From the human T2T-CHM13v2.0 reference genome, Homo sapiens, in NCBI RefSeq assembly GCF_009914755.1, contig NC_060939.1: a stretch of 64,000 bases of DNA. One strand, written 5' to 3'. This document shows positions 55,201 to 64,000 of this stretch, piece after piece (the stretch's first letter is position 1; every line of letters begins with the position of its first letter). The position numbers and the translations under genes are program-made. Below the pieces are notes generated by a model that had not been told where the DNA came from, searched no databases, and was given only the letters and a program-made list of their open reading frames with translations.

Positions 55201-58200
55201 TCCATCCGATTCCATTACATTCTTTTCATTTCTTATCCATTTCAAGCCATTCCACTCCATTCCATTCCACTCGTTTCCTTTCCATTCGAGTCCATTCCTC
55301 TCCAGTCCATTCCGTTCAATCCATTCCATTCCAGTCCATTCCATTCGAGTCCGTTCCATTCCAGTCCATTCCATTCGAGTCAATTCCATTCCATTCGATG
55401 TCTTTCCATAACGATCCATTCCATTCTATTCCTTTCGATTCCATTCCATTCTATTTCATTCCATTCGATTCCCTTCCATTGGACTCCTTTCCATTTGAGT
55501 GCATTCCATTCCGTTCCATTTCTTTCCGTTCTGTACGATTCCTACCGTTCGATTTCATTTTGTTCCAGTCCATTCCTTTCGCGTCCATTCCATTCCATTT
55601 CACTCCATTCGATTCCATTCCACTCGATTCCACTTCGTTCCATTTCATTGCATTCCATTCTATTCAACTCTATTGCCTTCCATTCCATTCCATTCGATTA
55701 CATTCCATGCGATTCCATTCGAAATCGAATCAATTACATTGCAATCCATTACTATTGAGTCCGTTTTATTCCAGTCCACTGCATTCTGGTCCATTCCATT
55801 TGATTCCATTCCATTCTATTCCATTCCATACAGTTGCATTCCATTGGATTCCATGCTATATCTATAAATTCAATTCGAGACCATTGCTTTTGAGTCCATT
55901 CTATATGATTCCATTCCATTCAAGTCCATTACATTTGGTTCAATTCCATTCCATTCCATTCCCTTCCATTCCATTCCATTTGATATCAATCCATTCGATT
56001 CCATTCCATTCGAGCACATTCCATTCGAGTCCATTCCATTCGATGCCATTCCATTTGATTCTATTCCATTAGTCTCCATTCAATTCCATTAATCTCCTTT
56101 CCATTCCATTCTACTCCAACTGATTCCATTCCATTCTATTCCTTTCCATTCCATTTCATTCCATTCCATTCCATTTCATTCCATTCCATTCCATTCGTGT
56201 CCATTCCACTCCAGTCCATTCCATTCATGTCCATTCCATTCCAGTCCATTCCATTTGTGTCCACTGCATTCCATTCCACTCCATTCCATATTATTCCATT
56301 ACACTCCATTCCATTCTATTACTTTCATTTCCATTCAATTCCATTCCATTTGATTCCATTCCACTCGGTTTCATTCCATTTGAGTCCACTCCATTCCATT
56401 CCATTCCATTCCATTCAGTTCCATTCCATTCTGTTCCATTCCATTCCGTTCCATTACATTCCATTCCATTCGGTACCATTCCATATTGTTCCATTCGATT
56501 CCATTCGAATCCATTCCATTCCAGTCCATTCCAATCGATTCCATTCCATTCATTTCAATTCCATTCCATTCCATTCCATTACATTCCACTTGATTCCTCT
56601 CCATTCCCTTCCACTGCATTCCGTTCGATTCCATTCCATTGGATTGCATTCCATTCGATTCCATTCCATTCGAATCAATTACACAGCAATCCATTACTTT
56701 CGAGTCTATTCTATTCCGTTCCATTCGATTTCGTTCCAATCCATTCGACTCCATTCCATTCGATTCCATTCCATACTATTGCATTCCATTCGATTACATT
56801 ATATTCGAATAAGTTCCATTCAAGACCATTTCTTTTGAGTCCATTCTATTTGAGTCCATTCCCTTTGATTCCATAACATTTGAGTCCATTCAATTCCATT
56901 CCTTTCGTTTCCATTCCATTTGATGCCATTCCATTCAATTCTGTTCTACTCGACTCCAATACATTCAATTCCATTCCATCCGATTCCATTACATTCTTTT
57001 CATTTCTTATCCATTTCAAGCCATTCCACTCCATTCCATTCCACTCGTTTCCTTTCCATTCGCGTCCATTCCTCTCCAGTCCATTCCGTTCAATCCATTC
57101 CATTCCAGTCCATTCCATTCGAGTCCGTTCCATTCCAGTCCATTCCATTCGAGTCAATTCCATCCCATTCGATGTCTTTCCATAACGATCCATTCCATTC
57201 TATTCCTTTCGATTCCATTCCATTCTATTTCATTCCATTCGATTCCCTTCCATTGGACTCCTTTCCATTCGAGTGCATTCCATTCCGTTCCATTTCTTTC
57301 CGTTCTGTACGATTCCTACCGTTCGATTTCATTTTGTTCCAGTCCATTCCTTTCGCGTCCATTCCATTCCATTTCACTCCATTCGATTCCATTCCACTCG
57401 ATTCCACTTCGTTCCATTTCATTGCATTCCATTCTATTCAACTCTATTGCCTTCCATTCCATTCCATTCGATTACATTCCATGCGATTCCATTCGAAATC
57501 GAATCAATTACATTGCAATCCATTACTATTGAGTCCGTTTTATTCCAGTCCACTGCATTCTGGTCCATTCCATTTGATTCCATTCCATTCTATTCCATTC
57601 CATACAGTTGCATTCCATTGGATTCCATGCTATATCTATAAATTCAATTCGAGACCATTGCTTTTGAGTCCATTCTATATGATTCCATTCCATTCAAGTC
57701 CATTACATTTGGTTCAATTCCATTCCATTCCATTCCCTTCCATTCCATTCCATTTGATATCAATCCATTCGATTCCATTCCATTCGAGCACATTCCATTC
57801 GAGTCCATTCCATTCGATGCCATTCCATTTGATTCTATTCCATTAGTCTCCATTCAATTCCATTAATCTCCATTCCATTCCATTCTACTCCAACTGATTC
57901 CATTCCATTCTATTCCTTTCCATTCCATTTCATTCCATTCCATTCCATTTAATTCCATTCCATTCCATTCGTGTCCATTCCACTCCAGTCCATTCCATTC
58001 GTGTCCATTCCATTCCAGTCCATTCCATTTGTGTCCACTGCATTCCATTCCACTCCATTCCATATTATTCCATTACACTCCATTCCATTCTATTACTTTC
58101 ATTTCCATTCAATTCCATTCCATTTGATTCCATTCTACTCGGTTTCATTCCATTTGAGTCCACTCCATTCCATTCCATTCCATTCCATTCAGTTCCATTC

Positions 58201-61200
58201 CATTCTGTTCCATTCCATTCCTTTCCATTACATTCCATTCCATTCGGTACCATTCCATATTGTTCCATTCGATTCCATTCGAATCCATTCCATTCCAGTC
58301 CATTCCATTCGATTCCATTCCATTCATTTCAATTCCATTCCATTCCATTCCATTACATTCCACTTGATTCCTCTCCATTCCCTTCCACTGCATTCCGTTC
58401 GATTCCATTCCATTGCATTGCATTCCATTCCATTGGATTGCATTCCATTCGATTCCATTCCATTCGAATCAATTACATAGCAATCCATTACATTCGAGTC
58501 TATTCTATTCCGTTCCATTCGATTTCGTTCCAATCCATTCGATTCCATTCCATTCGATTCCATTCCATACTATTGCATTCCATTCGATTACATTATATTC
58601 GAATAAGTTCCATTCAAGACCATTTCTTTTGAGTCCATTCTATTTGAGTCCATTCCCTTTGATTCCATAACATTTGAGTCCATTCAATTCCATTCCTTTC
58701 GTTTCCATTCCATTTGATGCCATTCCATTCAATTCTGTTCTACTCGACTCCAATACATTCAATTCCATTCCATCCGATTCCATTACATTCTTTTCATTTC
58801 TTATCCATTTCAAGCCATTCCACTCCATTCCATTCCACTCGTTTCCTTTCCATTCGAGTCCATTCCTCTCCAGTCCATTCCGTTCAATCCATTCCATTCC
58901 AGTCCATTCCATTCGAGTCCGTTCCATTCCAGTCCATTCCATTCGAGTCAATTCCATTCCATTCGATGTCTTTCCATAACGATCCATTCCATTCTATTCC
59001 TTTCGATTCCATTCCATTCTATTTCATTCCATTCGATTCCCTTCCATTGGACTCCTTTCCATTCGAGTGCATTCCATTCCTTTCCATTTCTTTCCGTTCT
59101 GTACGATTCGTACCGTTCGATTTCATTTTGTTCCAGTCCATTCCTTTCGCGTCCATTCCATTCCATTTCACTCCATTCGATTCCATTCCACTCGATTCCA
59201 CTTCGTTCCATTTCATTGCATTCCATTCTATTCAACTCTATTGCCTTCCATTCCATTCCATTCGATTACATTCCATGCGATTCCATTCGAAATCGAATCA
59301 ATTACATTGCAATCCATTACTATTGAGTCCGTTTTATTCCAGTCCACTGCATTCTGTTCCATTCCATTTGATTCCCTTCCATTCTATTCCATTCCATACA
59401 GTTGCATTCCATTGGATTCATGCTATATCTATAAATTCAATTCGAGACCATTGCTTTTGAGTCCATTCTATATGATTCCATTCCATTCAAGTCCATTACA
59501 TTTGGTTCAATTCCATTCCATTCCATTCCCTTCCATTCCATTCCATTTGATATCAATCCATTCGATTCCATTCCATTCGAGCACATTCCATTCGAGTCCA
59601 TTCCATTCGATGCCATTCCATTTGATTCTATTCCATTAGTCTCCATTCAATTCCATTAATCTCCATTCCATTCCATTCTACTCCAACTGATTCCATTCCA
59701 TTCTATTCCTTTCCATTCCATTTCATTCCATTCCATTCCATTTCATTCCATTCCATTCCATTCGTGTCCATTCCACTCCAGTCCATTCCATTCGTGTCCA
59801 TTCCATTCCAGTCCATTCCATTTGTGTCCACTGCATTCCATTCCACTCCATTCCATATTATTCCATTACACTCCATTCCATTCTATTACTTTCATTTCCA
59901 TTCAATTCCATTCCATTTGATTCCATTCCACTCGGTTTCATTCCATTTGAGTCCACTCCATTCCATTCCATTCCATTCCATTCAGTTCCATTCCATTCTG
60001 TTCCATTCCATTCCGTTCCATTACATTCCATTCCATTCGGTACCATTCCATATTGTTCCATTCGATTCCATTCGAATCCATTCCATTCCAGTCCATTCCA
60101 TTCGATTCCATTCCATTCATTTCAATTCCATTCCATTCCATTCCATTCCATTCCACTTGATTCCTCTCCATTCCCTTCCACTGCATTCCGTTCGATTCCA
60201 TTCCATTGCATTGCATTCCATTCCATTGGATTGCATTCCATTCGATTCCATTCCATTCGAATCAATTACATAGCAATCCATTACATTCGAGTCTATTCTC
60301 TTCCGTTCCATTCGATTTCGTTCCAATCCATTCGATTCCATTCCATTCGATTCCATTCCATACTATTGCATTCCATTCGATTACATTATATTCGAATAAG
60401 TTCCATTCAAGACCATTTCTTTTGAGTCCATTCTATTTGAGTCCATTCCCTTTGATTCCATAACATTTGAGTCCATTCAATTCCATTCCTTTCGTTTCCA
60501 TTCCATTTGATGCCATTCCATTCAATTCTGTTCTACTCGACTCCAATACATTCAATTCCATTCCATCCGATTCCATTACATTCTTTTCATTTCTTATCCA
60601 TTTCAAGCCATTCCACTCCATTCCATTCCACTCGTTTCCTTTCCATTCGAGTCCATTCCTCTCCAGTCCATTCCGTTCAATCCATTCCATTCCAGTCCAT
60701 TCCATTCGAGTCCGTTCCATTCCAGTCCATTCCATTCGAGTCAATTCCATTCCATTCGATGTCTTTCCATAACGATCCATTCCATTCTATTCCTTTCGAT
60801 TCCATTCCATTCTATTTCATTCCATTCGATTCCCTTCCATTGGACTCCTTTCCATTTGAGTGCATTCCATTCCGTTCCATTTCTTTCCGTTCTGTACGAT
60901 TCCTACCGTTCGATTTCATTTTGTTCCAGTCCATTCCTTTCGCGTCCATTCCATTCCATTTCACTCCATTCGATTCCATTCCACTCGATTCCACTTCGTT
61001 CCATTTCATTGCATTCCATTCTATTCAACTCTATTGCCTTCCATTCCATTCCATTCGATTACATTCCATGCGATTCCATTCGAAATCGAATCAATTACAT
61101 TGCAATCCATTACTATTGAGTCCGTTTTATTCCAGTCCACTGCATTCTGGTCCATTCCATTTGATTCCATTCCATTCTATTCCATTCCATACAGTTGCAT
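49300..61200 (+). repeat. Recent multi-unit duplication with 7155-bp period (1774+1793+1794+1794)
   Basis: 20-bp deletion near 49480/56635, 1-bp deletion at 52264/59419, and CATTTGAGTG near 53701/60856, all 7155 bp apart. Confidence 0.85.
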
Positions 61201-64000
61201 TCCATTGGATTCCATGCTATATCTATAAATTCAATTCGAGACCATTGCTTTTGAGTCCATTCTATATGATTCCATTCCATTCAAGTCCATTACATTTGGT
61301 TCAATTCCATTCCATTCCATTCCCTTCCATTCCATTCCATTTGATATCAATCCATTCGATTCCATTCCATTCGAGCACATTCCATTCGAGTCCATTCCAT
61401 TCGATGCCATTCCATTTGATTCTATTCCATTAGTCTCCATTCAATTCCATTAATCTCCTTTCCATTCCATTCTACTCCAACTGATTCCATTCCATTCTAT
61501 TCCTTTCCATTCCATTTCATTCCATTCCATTCCATTTCATTCCATTCCATTCCATTCGTGTCCATTCCACTCCAGTCCATTCCATTCATGTCCATTCCAT
61601 TCCAGTCCATTCCATTTGTGTCCACTGCATTCCATTCCACTCCATTCCATATTATTCCATTACACTCCATTCCATTCTATTACTTTCATTTCCATTCAAT
61701 TCCATTCCATTTGATTCCATTCCACTCGGTTTCATTCCATTTGAGTCCACTCCATTCCATTCCATTCCATTCCATTCAGTTCCATTCCATTCTGTTCCAT
61801 TCCATTCCGTTCCATTACATTCCATTCCATTCGGTACCATTCCATATTGTTCCATTCGATTCCATTCGAATCCATTCCATTCCAGTCCATTCCATTCGAT
61901 TCCATTCCATTCATTTCAATTCCATTCCATTCCATTCCATTACATTCCACTTGATTCCTCTCCATTCCCTTCCACTGCATTCCGTTCGATTCCATTCCAT
62001 TGCATTGCATTCCATTCCATTGGATTGCATTCCATTCGATTCCATTCCATTCGAATCAATTACATAGCAATCCATTACATTCGAGTCTATTCTATTCCGT
62101 TCCATTCGATTTCGTTCCAATCCATTCGACTCCATTCCATTCGATTCCATTCCATACTATTGCATTCCATTCGATTACATTATATTCGAATAAGTTCCAT
62201 TCAAGACCATTTCTTTTGAGTCCATTCTATTTGAGTCCATTCCCTTTGATTCCATAATATTTGAGTCCATTCAATTCCATTCCTTTCGTTTCCATTCCAT
62301 TTGATGCCATTCCATTCAATTCTGTTCTACTCGACTCCAATACATTCAATTCCATTCCATCCGATTCCATTACATTCTTTTCATTTCTTATCCATTTCAA
62401 GCCATTCCACTCCATTCCATTCCACTCGTTTCCTTTCCATTCGCGTCCATTCCTCTCCAGTCCATTCCGTTCAATCCATTCCATTCCAGTCCATTCCATT
62501 CGAGTCCGTTCCATTCCAGTCCATTCCATTCGAGTCAATTCCATCCCATTCGATGTCTTTCCATAACGATCCATTCCATTCTATTCCTTTCGATTCCATT
62601 CCATTCTATTTCATTCCATTCGATTCCCTTCCATTGGACTCCTTTCCATTCGAGTGCATTCCATTCCGTTCCATTTCTTTCCGTTCTGTACGATTCCTAC
62701 CGTTCGATTTCATTTTGTTCCAGTCCATTCCTTTCGCGTCCATTCCATTCCATTTCACTCCATTCGATTCCATTCCACTCGATTCCACTTCGTTCCATTT
62801 CATTGCATTCCATTCTATTCAACTCTATTGCCTTCCATTCCATTCCATTCGATTACATTCCATGCGATTCCATTCGAAATCGAATCAATTACATTGCAAT
62901 CCATTACTATTGAGTCCGTTTTATTCCAGTCCACTGCATTCTGGTCCATTCCATTTGATTCCATTCCATTCTATTCCATTCCATACAGTTGCATTCCATT
63001 GGATTCCATGCTATATCTATAAATTCAATTCGAGACCATTGCTTTTGAGTCCATTCTATATGATTCCATTCCATTCAAGTCCATTACATTTGGTTCAATT
63101 CCATTCCATTCCATTCCCTTCCATTCCATTCCATTTGATATCAATCCATTCGATTCCATTCCATTCGAGCACATTCCATTCGAGTCCATTCCATTCGATG
63201 CCATTCCATTTGATTCTATTCCATTAGTCTCCATTCAATTCCATTAATCTCCATTCCATTCCATTCTACTCCAACTGATTCGATTTCATTCTATTCCTTT
63301 CCATTCCATTTCATTCCATTCCATTCCATTCGTGTCCATTCCACTCCAGTCCATTCCATTCGTGTCCATTCCATTCCAGTCCATTCCATTTGTGTCCACT
63401 GCATTCCATTCCACTCCATTCCATATTATTCCATTACACTCCATTCCATTCTATTACTTTCATTTCCATTCAATTCCATTCCATTTGATTCCATTCCACT
63501 CGGTTTCATTCCATTTGAGTCCACTCCATTCCATTCCATTCCATTCCATTCAGTTCCATTCCATTCTGTTCCATTCCATTCCGTTCCATTACATTCCATT
63601 CCATTCGGTACCATTCCATATTGTTCCATTCGATTCCATTCGAATCCATTCTATTCCAGTCCATTCCATTCGATTCCATTCCATTCATTTCAATTCCATT
63701 CCATTCCATTCCATTCCATTCCACTTGATTCCTCTCCATTCCCTTCCACTGCATTCCGTTCGATTCCATTCCATTGCATTGCATTCCATTCCATTGGATT
63801 GCATTCCATTCGATTCCATTCCATTCGAATCAATTACATAGCAATCCATTACATTCGAGTCTATTCTCTTCCGTTCCATTCGATTTCGTTCCAATCCATT
63901 CGATTCCATTCCATTCGATTCCATTCCATACTATTGCATTCCATTCGATTACATTATATTCGAATAAGTTCCATTCAAGACCATTTCTTTTGAGTCCATT

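Larger units (their letters stand above)
1..64000 (+). repeat. Satellite III (HSat3) tandem array: diverged (CATTC)n pentamers in a ~1794-bp higher-order unit, about 35.7 copies, head-to-tail, no interruption seen
   Basis: CCATT/CATTC dominates every line, with variants CGATT, CGAGT, CTATT and CAATT. A fixed anchor (GTGTCCATTCCAC.CCAGTCC) recurs 36 times at 677, 2471, 4265 ... 61558, 63332, mostly 1794 bp apart (variants 1774, 1783, 1793, 1798, 1804, 1809). The frequent GATGAT motifs typical of HSat2 are absent. Confidence 0.98.

Noticed and set aside
1-64000. CRISPR array or prokaryotic repeat system
   Set aside because: There are no unique spacers or cas-like genes; the whole 1.8-kb unit is repeated near-identically.
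1-64000. HSat2 (e.g. the chr1 ~1.77-kb unit) because of the similar unit size
   Set aside because: The recurrent GATGAT-containing motifs of HSat2 are missing, and long pure CATTC runs indicate HSat3.

Overview
The whole 64 kb is one uninterrupted, single-orientation array of primate (most likely human) Satellite III (HSat3). It consists of diverged (CATTC)n pentamers on the + strand ((GGAAT)n on the - strand), organised into a ~1794-bp tandem unit repeated about 35.7 times. Each unit carries one KpnI site (GGTACC) and one EcoRV site (GATATC). This fits the 1.8-kb KpnI satellite III D15Z1 (HSat3A5) of chromosome 15p, an assignment made from recall and not from an alignment. I see no genes, transposons, inversions or unique sequence; the ORFs are reading-frame artefacts of the pentamer (HSIPF/MEWNG periodicity). 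I found no credible new protein-coding system. What stands out is the array's structure: the monomer is an ancient internal dimer; there is a 3568-bp local dimer; multi-unit blocks recur at about 7.2, 17.9, 26.9 and 34.0 kb offsets; recombinant units have mappable breakpoints; there is a diverged island at ~32-37 kb; and most indels preserve pentamer phase.
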